64,000 nt of DNA from Haliotis rufescens. Taxonomy: Eukaryota. This document shows positions 53,401 to 61,880 of the stretch, piece after piece. Numbering within the stretch: position 1 is the stretch's first letter; each line of letters opens with the position of its first letter. Below the pieces are notes generated by a model, which made no database searches, had not been told where the DNA came from, and saw only the letters and a list, made by a program, of their open reading frames with translations. The position numbers and the translations under genes were made by a program. Location of the stretch: contig NW_025964361.1 of assembly GCF_023055435.1 (NCBI RefSeq), forward strand, positions 1,178,001-1,242,000, given 5' to 3'.

Positions 53401-56400
53401 TGTTTATTTATGCAGTCAGCATTATTACACCTCTGCCACAGCAATCCTCATGGATCAGGTAAACCAGTGGTTGACATAATGAACAATGTCCTCAGGTCAT
53501 GATGACACAGTCAGCCAGAACAATGTCCTGATGACACATTCAGCCAGAATAATGTCCTGATGACACACAATCAGCCAGAACAATGTCCTCAGGTCATGAT
53601 GACACACAATCAGCCAGAACAATGTCCTGATGACACATTCAGCCAGAACAATGTCCTGATGACACATTCAGCCAGAATAATGTCCTGATGACACACAATC
53701 AGCCAGAACAATGTCCTCAGGGCATGATGACACACAATCAGCCAGAACAATGTCCTGATGACACATTCAGCCAGAATAATGTCCTCAGGGCATGATGACA
53801 CACAATGAGCCAGAACAATTTCCTGATGACACACAATCAGCCAGAACAATGTCCTGATGACACAATCAGCCAGAACAATGTCCTGATGACACATTCAGCC
53901 AGAATAATGTCCTCAGGGCATGATGACACACAATCAGCCAGAACAATGTCCTGATCACACAATCAGCCAGAATAATGTCCTCAGGGCATGATGACACACA
54001 ATCAGCCAGAACAATGTCCCGATGACACACAATCAGCCAGAACAATGTCCCGATGACACACAATCAGCCAGAACAATGTCCTGATGACACATTCAGCCAG
54101 AATAATGTCCTGATGACACATTCAGCCAGAATAATGTCCTCAGGTCATGATGACACACAATGAGCCAGAACAATTTCCTGATGACACAATCAGCCAGAAC
54201 AATGTCCTCAGGTCGTGATGACACATTCAGCCAGAACAATGTCCTCAGGGCATGATGACACACAATCAGCCAGAACAATGTCCCGATGACACACAATCAG
54301 CCAGAACAATGTCCTGATGACACATTCAGCCAGAATAATGTCCTCAGGTCATGATGACACACAATGAGCCAGAACAATTTCCTGATGACACAATCAGCCA
54401 GAACAATGTCCTCAGGTCATGATGACACACAATGAGCCAGAACAATTTCCTGATGACACATTCAGCCAGAATAATGTCCTCAGGTCATGATGACACACAA
54501 TGAGCCAGAACAATTTCCTGATGACACATTCAGCCAGAATAATGTCCTCAGGTCGTGATGACACAGTCAGCCAGAACAATGTTTTTAGGGGGTGATGACA
54601 CACAATCAGCCAGAACAATGTCCCAATGACACACAGTCAGCCAGAATAATGTCCTCAGGGCATGATGACACACAATCAGCCAGAACAATGTCCTCAGGGT
54701 ATGATGACACACAACCAGCCAGAACAATGTCCTCAGGGCATGATGACACACAACCAGCCAGAATAATGTCCTCAGGGCATGATGACACACAACCAGCCAG
54801 AACAATGTCCTCAGGGCATGATGACACACAATCAGCCAGAACAATGTCCTCAAGGTGTGATGACACACAATCAGCCAGAACAATGTCCTCAGGGCATGAT
54901 GACACACAATCAGCCAGAACAATGTCCTCAGGGCATGATGACACACAATCAGCCAGAACAATGTCCTCAGGGTATGATGACACACAATCAGCCAGAACAA
55001 TGTCCTCAGGGCATGATGACACACAACCAGCCAGAACAATGTCCTCAGGGCATGATGACACACAATCAGCCAGAACAATGTCCTCAAGGTGTGATGACAC
55101 ACAATCAGCCAGAACAATGTCCTCAGGGCATGATGACACACAATCAGCCAGAACAATGTCCTCAGGGCATGATGACACACAATCAGCCAGAACAATGTCC
55201 TCAGGGTATGATGACACACAATCAGCCAGAACAATGTCCTCAGGGCATGATGACACACAACCAGCCAGAATAATGTCCTCAGGGCATGATGACACACAAC
55301 CAGCCAGAACAATGTCCTCAGGGCATGATGACACACAACCAGCCAGAACAATGTCCTCAGGGCATGATGACACACAACCAGCCAGAACAATGTCCTCAGG
55401 GTATGATGACACACAACCAGCCAGAACAATGTCCTCAGGGCATGATGACACACAATCAGCCAGAACAATGTCCTCAAGGTGTGATGACACACAATCAGCC
55501 AGAACAATGTCCTCAGGGCATGATGACACACAACCAGCCAGAACAATGTCCTCAGGACATGATGACACACAACCAGCCAGAACAATGTCCTCAGGGCATG
55601 ATGACACACAATCAGCCAGAACAATGTCCTCAGGGCATGATGACACACAACCAGCCAGAACAATGTCCTCAAGGTGTGATGACACACAATCAGCCAGAAC
55701 AATGTCCTCAGGGTATGATGACACACAACCAGCCAGAACAATGTCCTCAGGGCATGATGACACACAATCAGCCAGAACAATGTCCTCAAGGTGTGATGAC
55801 ACACAATCAGCCAGAACAATGTCCTCAGGGCATGATGACACACAATCAGCCAGAACAATGTCCTCAGGGCATGATGACACACAATCAGCCAGAACAATGT
55901 CCTCAGGGCATGATGACACACAATCAGCCAGAACAATGTCCTCAGGGCATGATGACACACAATCAGCCAGAACAATGTCCTCAGGGCATGATGACACACA
56001 ACCAGCCAGAACAATGTCCTCAGGGCATGATGACACACAACCAGCCAGAACAATGTCCTCAGGGTATGATGACACACAACCAGCCAGAACAATGTCCTCA
56101 AGGTGTGATGACACACAATCAGCCAGAACAATGTCCTCCTGTCGTGATGACACACAACCAGCCAGAACAATGTCCTCAAGGTGTGATGACACACAATCAG
56201 CCACAATAATGTCCTTCTAATCCTCATTAGTCCTCACTGACTGCAAGCACATGTTATTGGGGACCTACTCAATGGTAATAAGTCATTACGTCAACGTAAG
56301 GCACCAAAGATTTAAATCTGAAAGGGAGCAATATTTGAAAAAACCTTCTGATGCAATAACTGATCAATAAATAAAAATAAAAACATATACGTAAAAGAGT

Positions 56401-57988
56401 TAATTTGTCAATGCACATGATGGATGATATAATTGTACCAAATCTGAATATAAAAAAGTTCTAATAAATTGTAAGCAAGAAATATCCATCAAATTATGTT
56501 CTTCTCTGTGATGTCCAACAAGTCATGTGAAATCAGTGGTGGAAGTGTGAAGAGGACTACACGACTCAGCCTTGGAAAAGCTGTCCGCACAGAAACAAAC
56601 TTGTGTTTGTATTTCACAATGCTATCCATAACTACTGTCCATTCACTATAACAATCCTAACAGTTATCTCCCCTATGTAGACCGCCTGATTTAAATAGAC
56701 TACATTATTTTCCTCTCCTGTCATGGCATGTCTGCATTAAATCTGCCAATAGGGAATTGTGCGAGCACAAAATGCTCTGCTATTGTTGTTTTATGGTACT
56801 TCACAATAAACCAACCGCCATAAATGCCATGAATATTGCAACAGTGTTGCACACCAACAGCCAAACCTACTTGTGTGGGGACATAAAATCGAACTTCACA
56901 GCCTGTAGTATTTTGCAATGACTGACTATGGCCACAAGTAATGGAGTGAATATTGCATAATACTGAATCAGCAATTTTCCAGCTACTCTCATCTAGTTAA
57001 TGACACATTTTTTGCATCACATCCAGGAAGCAGAGTTACAGCCTTATCAGTAGACTAACATCTAGTCTCTGAAACGAACTATTTTATAGAGAAAAATTAT
57101 TTTTTTTAAATATAGTTATAAAATATTATAAAAATGAGTCCAGAGACTAGCATCTTGCCTTTGAAATAAACTATTTTATAGAAAAAAATTATAATTTATA
57201 TTTTAGTAAGGTAATCTAGACTTGCCAAATATAATAGACTTGCATAGGCTGTATTGGATATATTTATTTCAGGGTCTGCATGGCTTTATCACAAGGAGTG
57301 CCCAACGTAACCTTGTCAGTCCTGGTAACCTAAACACCGACCGTGTTAGTGTCAATCGGACTTAATATATCACAGTACTCCAGACAGGTCACTTGTAAGA
57401 TTCTCTTCCTTGCTGATCCTATCTATTACAATCCAATGTATGTATCACCAACTCAAGGCCAATACTGCTATTACAATCCATATATGACTGGGTAACGACA
57501 TGTACCATCTTTTCACGTCTTTTGGTATGACGTGTCCTGGGATTGAACCCTGGACCTTCCACTCTCCGGGCGTGCGGAGGCGGATATTGCTGTAATACTG
57601 CTGTCTGTGATGTAACAACAACACTAACCCTCCTCTCACAGGGTTCTGTACCAAGCTTCACCTACCTGTGTATGTGTAGTTAATGAGGGACACCATTGCA
57701 TCTGGGTCCACATCCTTCATCTTGATCTCGGACATCGTAGCTTCCCTGACATCACTTGTGAACATCGCAGCAAAGTAGTCCGAGGCTGCGCTGAGGACGA
57801 GCCTGTGCGCTGGAATACGCTTTGTTCCAGCAATAAGGGTAACATCACACAGAGTGTTTTTGCTCACATAGTTCTCCATTTTTTTCATCATCCTCTCGGA
57901 ATGGTTGATGGAGCGAAACTCGTCCCCAAACTCGTCCATTCTATTGCCCTGGAAGTTTGCATAGGTGTGGTGATGGTGAACCAGGTAC
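11371..57988 (-). CDS. KLHL5: Kelch-like protein 5-like (BTB-BACK-6xKelch, CUL3 adaptor family); complement(join(11371..11430,12173..12344,12951..13163,14281..14443,15206..15430,18168..18357,25801..26013,26532..26728,57666..57988)); 568 aa from Met at 57939
   Basis: All nine exons are GT-AG and phase-consistent; peptides [103 protein letters not shown] match KLHL1/4/5. Confidence 0.95.
11748..11917 (+). mobile_element. Family A SINE, full length
   Basis: A-box, B-box GGTTCGATTCC, ACTC tail, TSD gccttaag. Confidence 0.92.
12173..12344 (-). CDS. KLHL5: KLHL5 kelch exon (YDPKTDQW...[10 protein letters not shown])
   Basis: tctcccccag|, AAG|gtatgt; 172 nt. Confidence 0.95.
12951..13163 (-). CDS. 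KLHL5: KLHL5 kelch exon ([26 protein letters not shown]...ECAER)
   Basis: tttccaccag|, CG|gtgagg; 213 nt. Confidence 0.95.
14281..14443 (-). CDS. KLHL5: KLHL5 kelch exon ([33 protein letters not shown]...)
   Basis: cttctgcag|, AA|gtaagt; 163 nt; not in the ORF track. Confidence 0.95.
14536..15002. mobile_element. Non-autonomous TIR element with ~65-bp TIRs and 9-bp TSD (Mutator-like by TSD length)
   Basis: CAATCTCATTAAAATCAGA...TCTGATTTTAATGAGATTG; atggcttca at 14527-14535 and 15003-15011. Confidence 0.9.
15206..15430 (-). CDS. KLHL5: KLHL5 kelch exon ([12 protein letters not shown]...STHRHGL)
   Basis: ctgttccag|, G|gtaagg; 225 nt. Confidence 0.95.
15494..15610. mobile_element. Short palindromic MITE (family E)
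   Basis: gttccacaaaccgatcttagcgcta ... tagcactatgatcgttttgtggaac. Confidence 0.75.
16494..16660 (+). mobile_element. Family A SINE, full length
   Basis: 12-bp TSD cataatattgtc at 16482-16493 and 16661-16672. Confidence 0.95.
17690..18222 (-). repeat. 63-bp tandem array spanning a KLHL5 splice donor (exon copy + 7 copies + a degenerate partial)
   Basis: GT donors begin at 18167,18104,18041,17978,17915,17852,17789,17726; unit reads [18 protein letters not shown]|KPC. Confidence 0.98.
18168..18357 (-). CDS. KLHL5: KLHL5 exon, linker and first kelch strand (FIADCVE...[11 protein letters not shown])
   Basis: tttttctgtcag|, AAAG|gtaagc; 190 nt; the donor is repeated 7 more times downstream. Confidence 0.92.
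18482..18790 (+). pseudogene. Possible decayed LINE (CR1/L2-like) endonuclease fragment
   Basis: Degenerate motifs [11 protein letters not shown] and frameshifted RIT..T.IDN.F resemble APE IIGDFN / PTR / IDNIF. Confidence 0.3.
20197..20430. mobile_element. Family E MITE whose left TIR is amplified as 5 x 38-bp tandem (20198-20388)
   Basis: Unit cttgcaccaatgatcttagcgctatgactacctaaagt; right TIR ctaagatcactttgtgcaagt. Confidence 0.85.
20575..20796 (+). mobile_element. Family B element lacking its tail
   Basis: gtgaagatccggg...tgcttgtcgtaagaggtgactaa...tttacagaccgccg. Confidence 0.88.
20810..21062 (-). mobile_element. Family B element
   Basis: 12-bp TSD gtgtatacttag at 20798-20809 and 21064-21075; (AAAC/AACC)n tail. 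Confidence 0.93.
22009..22271 (-). mobile_element. Family B element, full length
   Basis: TSD tgtaatccat at 21997-22006 and 22274-22283. Confidence 0.92.
22420..22648 (+). mobile_element. Old SINE with Meta/MESC-like body (second fragment on - at ~57500-57575)
   Basis: ggttcaatccc B-box, gtaccgaaagacgtcaaaagatgctac, cctggtgctcaccattaagg, gctagcactataaaa resemble mollusc MetaSINE-type bodies as recalled. Confidence 0.55.
22656..23104. mobile_element. hAT-like non-autonomous element with ACCCG subterminal repeats
   Basis: caggagtgggac ... gtcccagccctg ends; right end triplicated (ccgtcccagcccag); no TSD seen. Confidence 0.55.
25801..26013 (-). CDS. KLHL5: KLHL5 exon, BACK domain (ENFVEV...PLMAPQ)
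   Basis: gttgcag|, CAG|gtgaga; 213 nt. Confidence 0.95.
26532..26728 (-). CDS. KLHL5: KLHL5 exon, end of BTB / start of BACK ([13 protein letters not shown]...NNYVM)
   Basis: gttgcag|GTAAG..., ATG|gtgagt; 197 nt. Confidence 0.95.
26746..26934. repeat. Two-copy ~97-bp direct repeat next to a KLHL5 acceptor
   Basis: ggtcaagg...cagtctcaaggtcatgat...cataggcttcacaaactgtgccctttacagattcaaaccagggtc twice. Confidence 0.9.
27160..27645 (-). mobile_element. Cluster of partial family B copies (includes a local tandem duplication)
   Basis: Repeated ttgtttaac...gtaaataatcaagtctggac segments. Confidence 0.8.
28143..28529. mobile_element. Family E MITE interrupted by a family B element
   Basis: TIR ctgggttcacttgcac / gtgcaagtggacccag. 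Confidence 0.7.
28242..28507 (-). mobile_element. Family B element, full length
   Basis: 14-bp TSD cactttgtgcaagt at 28228-28241 and 28508-28521. Confidence 0.93.
28563..28687 (-). mobile_element. Family A SINE, diverged
   Basis: ggacaccaagaatgggcttcacacattgtacccatg core. Confidence 0.75.
30184..30293 (-). mobile_element. Family A SINE, 5'-truncated at the B-box
   Basis: 14-bp TSD gtacctagaatgag at 30170-30183 and 30294-30307. Confidence 0.9.
30498..30668 (-). mobile_element. Family A SINE, full length
   Basis: A/B boxes and GAGT tail. Confidence 0.9.
32046..32614. repeat. 14-bp (with 12-bp variants) GC-rich minisatellite ctccacacccaggg, ~40 copies
   Basis: Direct read. Confidence 0.97.
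35317..35443 (-). mobile_element. Family A SINE, diverged
   Basis: gcaatattcc...ggggacacc...ggcttcacacattgtacccatg. Confidence 0.7.
35552..35700 (+). mobile_element. Family A SINE preceded by an extra partial head (35484-35510)
   Basis: ggggcagtcgggtagcctagtggttaaag...ggttcaattccc...aactcacacactc. Confidence 0.9.
37417..37584 (-). mobile_element. Family A SINE, full length
   Basis: Imperfect TSD ccaa(a/g)tctga. Confidence 0.92.
38268..38445 (+). repeat. Dispersed repeat family F (other copies 43279-43453 on +, 57051-57266 on -)
   Basis: atatcaaatacagcccatgcaagtc...tttggcaagtctaga...atttcagagactagatgttagtcta shared. Confidence 0.85.
40367..40538. repeat. ~22-23-bp minisatellite ataactgatatatacccatgggg, ~7 copies
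   Basis: Direct read. Confidence 0.92.
41690..41890 (-). mobile_element. Family C SINE, old copy
   Basis: gcttaatgttggaggaaag...aaacccatgagcacgggtatggtgctgacaaacc. Confidence 0.75.
42600..43138 (-). mobile_element. Two family B copies (42600-42737 internally deleted; 42917-43138)
   Basis: Similarity to other family B copies. Confidence 0.8.
44998..45502. repeat. 22-bp minisatellite aaaccaaggattcacgatcatc, ~23 copies
   Basis: Direct read. Confidence 0.97.
46698..46930 (-). mobile_element. Family B element (variant with a single atgcttgtcgtaagagg motif)
   Basis: TSD ttgtgtgg at 46689-46696 and 46931-46938. Confidence 0.9.
47820..47981 (-). mobile_element. Family A SINE nested in an old + strand family B copy (to ~48172)
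   Basis: TSD ttgtgg(a/g)ttaga at 47808-47819 and 47982-47993. Confidence 0.92.
48439..48944. mobile_element. Non-autonomous TIR element, 18-bp perfect TIR
   Basis: CAGAGCTCCAGATAAGCT / AGCTTATCTGGAGCTCTG, flanked by tttaac on both sides; AATACGC (left) and AATACCC (right) subterminal repeats. Confidence 0.88.
49788..50098. mobile_element. Tc1/mariner-pogo-like MITE
   Basis: TA|ccatattcgacgtaataagcgccc ... gggcgcttattacgtagaatacgg|TA. Confidence 0.88.
51716..52005 (-). mobile_element. Family C SINE, full length, adjoined by (GAGT)n at 52006-52069
   Basis: A/B boxes, homologous to 4664-4898; GAGT tracts on both sides. Confidence 0.9.
52523..53135. repeat. 35-bp minisatellite gacaggcaaggcaattctactgtgtttctatctgg, ~17 copies
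   Basis: Direct read. Confidence 0.97.
53481..56216. repeat. 2.7-kb satellite with a 39-bp unit (29/31/37-bp deletion variants in the left ~1.15 kb)
   Basis: aatgtcctcagggcatgatgacacacaatcagccagaac; source of the 500+ aa pseudo-ORFs. Confidence 0.98.
57666..57988 (-). CDS. KLHL5: KLHL5 exon, BTB domain (..MDEFGDEF...LINYTYTG)
   Basis: cttccattgcag| at 57989, ACAG|gtaggt at 57665; frame is open upstream of Met 57939 ([16 protein letters not shown]). Confidence 0.92.
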
Positions 57989-60119
57989 CTGCAATGGAAG
58001 GAAGACTGTCAGACTTACATGTCTTAAACACAAAACATTCACAAATGAAGGAAGTATTAATGTGGGCTTTTCCCTGTTGTCAAAAAAAAGCCTAGGGCCG
58101 CCAATTCCTCGTTGATAATGCAAATGCTGATGCTGTCTGCCGACTCTGAGTGATCATCTGTTTGGTAAAGGAGCAATTCAAAAGGAGGCAAAAATAACAT
58201 GTACTAGATTTGACTAGTTTTTTGACAGCTATTGTTAATGCAATTTGTAAGCCAAATTAAATGGGATTTGTGCTTTTGGTCAAGTATATTTTACACATCA
58301 TTCATAGTCTTGCTTTAATTTGTTCTAGTCTGGAGAAAGACCAGATGCATTCATTTCACTGAGATCATCTTAACGGAAGGTATGGCTAGCTCAGTGATCC
58401 TCAGTGTAAGCTGGATACAAACAGTCTCAGATATACAAAACATGATTGGATCAGACAAACTCACAATACATGATATCAAGAATGAATTAACAGAATTGAA
58501 TTTATTTCCTAACCAAGAAGAGCCCAGATAGCTGAAGCAAAAGCACCTCCCCACTGTTAACTGACATCTCTTGGAACAAGGGGAGATCACTCCCAACATT
58601 ACATCACCACAGGTACCACACACAGCTAACACACTGACTCATTCTGAAACCGAGCCACACTTTAACCAGGACATCATCTTAAACTTCATAATCCTAGAGA
58701 GGAAATGTTTCAGTGATGGTATCACACTGTATATGATGCATGTTTTATTGCTTGGAGAATACACATATTTTCCCTACTACATACTCATGTCCTCAGCGTT
58801 GCTGACATATATATATATATATATATAGACTCTCTCCACACTACTGAGAATATGAAGCTTTAAATCTATTCACACCAAAACCTAACACACCTTGAAAAGC
58901 TTATTCTGAATTCAGAATAAGCATAGACCCTCTATTATCTACATGACGGTATGAATAAAGTTTACATGCTACTAAACTGACACTTAGTCAATGAAAACAT
59001 GTCTTTGAAATAGTTATAAAACCTTTTCTCTTCTGCTGTTTTCATTTATGGAATCAAGAAAACTATCAAAAACTAGACTTTGTTTAGTTTGATCTAGACT
59101 TGCCTAGGCTTTTAGTATATTATATGTATATTCCTCTACTTCATTGCCAAATTTGAAAAAAATCTTTGGGAAGTTTTGGATGACAATCAGTCAAACTGAA
59201 CAGATGTGAAACTCTGCCCCCGAACAAGGAAATAACAAAGTGCATATACAGGAACCTTTGAACCAAGCTCCTCTCCTTTGTGCAAAAGAAATACCAATGA
59301 ACCGTGTAAGGACTTCCTCAAAGAGAGTACAACATCCATTAACACAAATATCAGGTACTTATAAGCCAAGCATCAAATCATCTTCTAAACAAGGCCATCC
59401 AGAGCCATGACTAGGAGATCCCAAGTGTTGCCGAGAGGACATCCCAAGTACAGCTCTGTGATGATGTATCAGAGGTCATGTGACATGTGGTATGCAGTGA
59501 TTAGAGACATCCTGTGAAGCCTTGTAGGAAGTGTCCTCCCTCAGAGCCGGAACCACGCTCGGAACCACGCTAGGCTCATATCCCGTTTACTTCTGACCAT
59601 GGAATTCAGATACAGGGTCCTAATCATATATTTTCTCCATATTCTCGCACACATAAAGGTTTGGACAAACAAATCATTATGATAAATCATTGTTTGCTGT
59701 AATGACAGACTCAATGAATAATGGAGGCAGTAAATATCACATCTGAATTGGTAATAAATCACCAAGGCAATATTCAGAACACTACACAAACATTACTCAA
59801 CAGTTACACTTGCAAATATTGTTTACAGAGTAATAAAGATGAATTATAACCCCCCAAAAAGTAAATATCTGATGTTTAATTTGCAAAGGTATCCAATGGA
59901 ATGTCCGCAGAGCGCCAAAGTTGATTCTGGAAAACGTGTAGACCTTGAAACAAGTTACCAGGCAGAAGAGCAGGAACCTAGGAAGCACCAGACTAGCACC
60001 AGAACAACCACTAGGCACGGACGGTGTGAGAGAGGGTGTGAGAGAGGGTGTGAGGCAGCTAACAGATAGGGTGCGGGGTAGGTCTCATGGAGGGTGTGGA
60101 CAAGGTCGTCGGCTCTCAC

Positions 60120-60318
60120 CTTCTCTCATAGTCCAAGTGGAGTATATGCCAGTTCTGCATCTCATAACCTGGGCACTTGCAGTTGGCATTGTCCAAATCT
60201 TCGGTCTCGACCCGCTTTCTTGGGCGGGTGAGGTTTATTGAGAGATGAAGTGAAAGGGCAACTATGAGAGTGAGTGAGATGTGCGAGGAATCTCGCATTG
60301 AACCAGGCCTGTCCACAT
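60120..60318 (-). CDS. Candidate upstream KLHL5 exon (VDRPGSMRDSS...HLDYER)
   Basis: Acceptor ccttccacttgattctccgcag|, donor AG|gtgaga. Its only open frame is phase-compatible with exon 57988 (AG+G=Arg). No homology recognised; it may be partly 5' UTR. Confidence 0.5.
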
Positions 60319-60605
60319 CTGCGGAGAATCAAGTGGAAGGTACAACTCAGGTGTCACTGGCACACTTCAGACAAAACCCAGGCAGACCTATAGGTGTCTG
60401 TGTGTAGGTAACCAAGAACACTGATTAATTATGAACCAGACCGCTAACTGCAAGTCTCATCCTGTGGGGATGAAACATAGACTAGAAAATGATCTTAGCT
60501 GCATCTAGTGAGGGGATTAGGGATTCATATGTTCGCATCATTATTTGTACATATTATCAAGTTCTGCTGCAGAACAAATCATGAATCCATCAGGATTGAC
60601 AGCAT

Positions 60606-60675
60606 GTTACACTATCAAAAACTTGGTCAAAGTTTTCTTTAACCAAGTTTTTATCAAAGTTTTGGATAGTGTAAC
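60606..60675. mobile_element. Tiny palindromic MITE-like element
   Basis: gttacactatcaaaaact ... agttttggatagtgtaac. Confidence 0.6.
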
Positions 60676-60906
60676 GGGGCTTAAGCCTATATTCCTGTCA
60701 CATCGTCAGGTTATTTAATACCATATTTGCACTGAACAAAAGGTTCAGTCAGTGTCATCACAGCTACAGCATTACAGCCCTTGACGTATGATTATATGAA
60801 GCCTTGTGTCTGAGCACAAGCAGGGAGAGAGAGGGGAAAGGTGGGCTCTCCCTCTACCCACCAATGCAGCAAAAAGATCTAATGCTGGAAATCACCAGTC
60901 CCCGGT

Positions 60907-61165
60907 ACCCGTGAAGATCCAGGTTAGAATAGGTCTTCAGCAACCCATGCTTGCTGTAAAAGGCAATTATGCTTGTCGCAAGAGGCGACTAACGGGACTT
61001 GTGGTCAGGCTCGCTGACTTGCTTGATGCATGTCATTGTATCCCGATTGTGTGGATCTATGCTCATGATGTCAATCACTTGATTGTCTGGTCCAGACTCG
61101 ATTATTTACATACCGCCATCGTATAGCTGTAACGTTTTTGAGTGTGGCATTAAACAACAAACAAA
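60907..61165 (+). mobile_element. Family B element, full length
   Basis: 14-bp TSD caccagtccccggt at 60893-60906 and 61166-61179; (AAAC)n tail. Confidence 0.95.
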
Positions 61166-61697
61166 CACCAGTCCCCGGTGCCAACACTAATAATTATCAA
61201 TAATATTCCTTATTGATTTTCAAAGTTTTCAACAAGTAGTTCCTCTGATGAAGTCCCAGTTGTAACCGATTTGCTCCCTGTGTTTGGCCTGTGATGTTTG
61301 CCAGTATGCTGTAGCTGGTCCTGGGGGGACAAGTCTGGCAGGGGGGTCAGCTAGTTATCACTTCAAGACAAGGACGGGCTGCCAGCTGGCACAAAGGGTC
61401 ATGTAACTGACACTAGGGGTTGTTGTTGCTCAGTGCCGGCAATGCCTCTCATCCCTACTCCAGGCAGATACATGGCCCTGACACGCCAAACTGATAATTA
61501 TCAATTTCAATAAACACATAACTACAGTGCGGCCAGCCCAGCATACTGTGCAAATAGTCTAAATCAACTGACTTTCACTCCGCAATAACATGCTAGTGTA
61601 AGTTTCTGGTGTGGGGTTCAGATCCTCGCATCAGTGTTTGTCCAGTTTGGATCTGTACGTGAGATATTACTGCCTGCTATGAGATCAATACCACACC

Positions 61698-61880
61698 GTG
61701 GCCAACCGGTTCAGGAAGCAAAACAGCTCTCTAACATCAAAGGTAAGCAAAAAGGAATCAATCTCAGACCGTAATAAAAACTTGCGAAAAGACCTCATAA
61801 AAAACAACAAAACTCTTCGGTTTGAGACATCAAACATAAACTCACTAATAACAAAAATTGAAATAACAAGATGCAGATGT
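61698..61880 (+). pseudogene. Possible LINE ORF2 N-terminal fragment
   Basis: LRFETSNINSLITKIE resembles the APE start motif NINSL..KI. Confidence 0.3.

Noticed and set aside
53481-56216. CRISPR-like appearance of regular repeats (also 1-485 and 17690-18222)
   Set aside because: No unique spacers, no cas genes, eukaryotic spliced context
54548-56227. ORFs of 532-559 aa on both strands
   Set aside because: Products of a stop-poor 39-bp satellite, open in several frames on both strands; no domain, intronic, apparently SINE-derived
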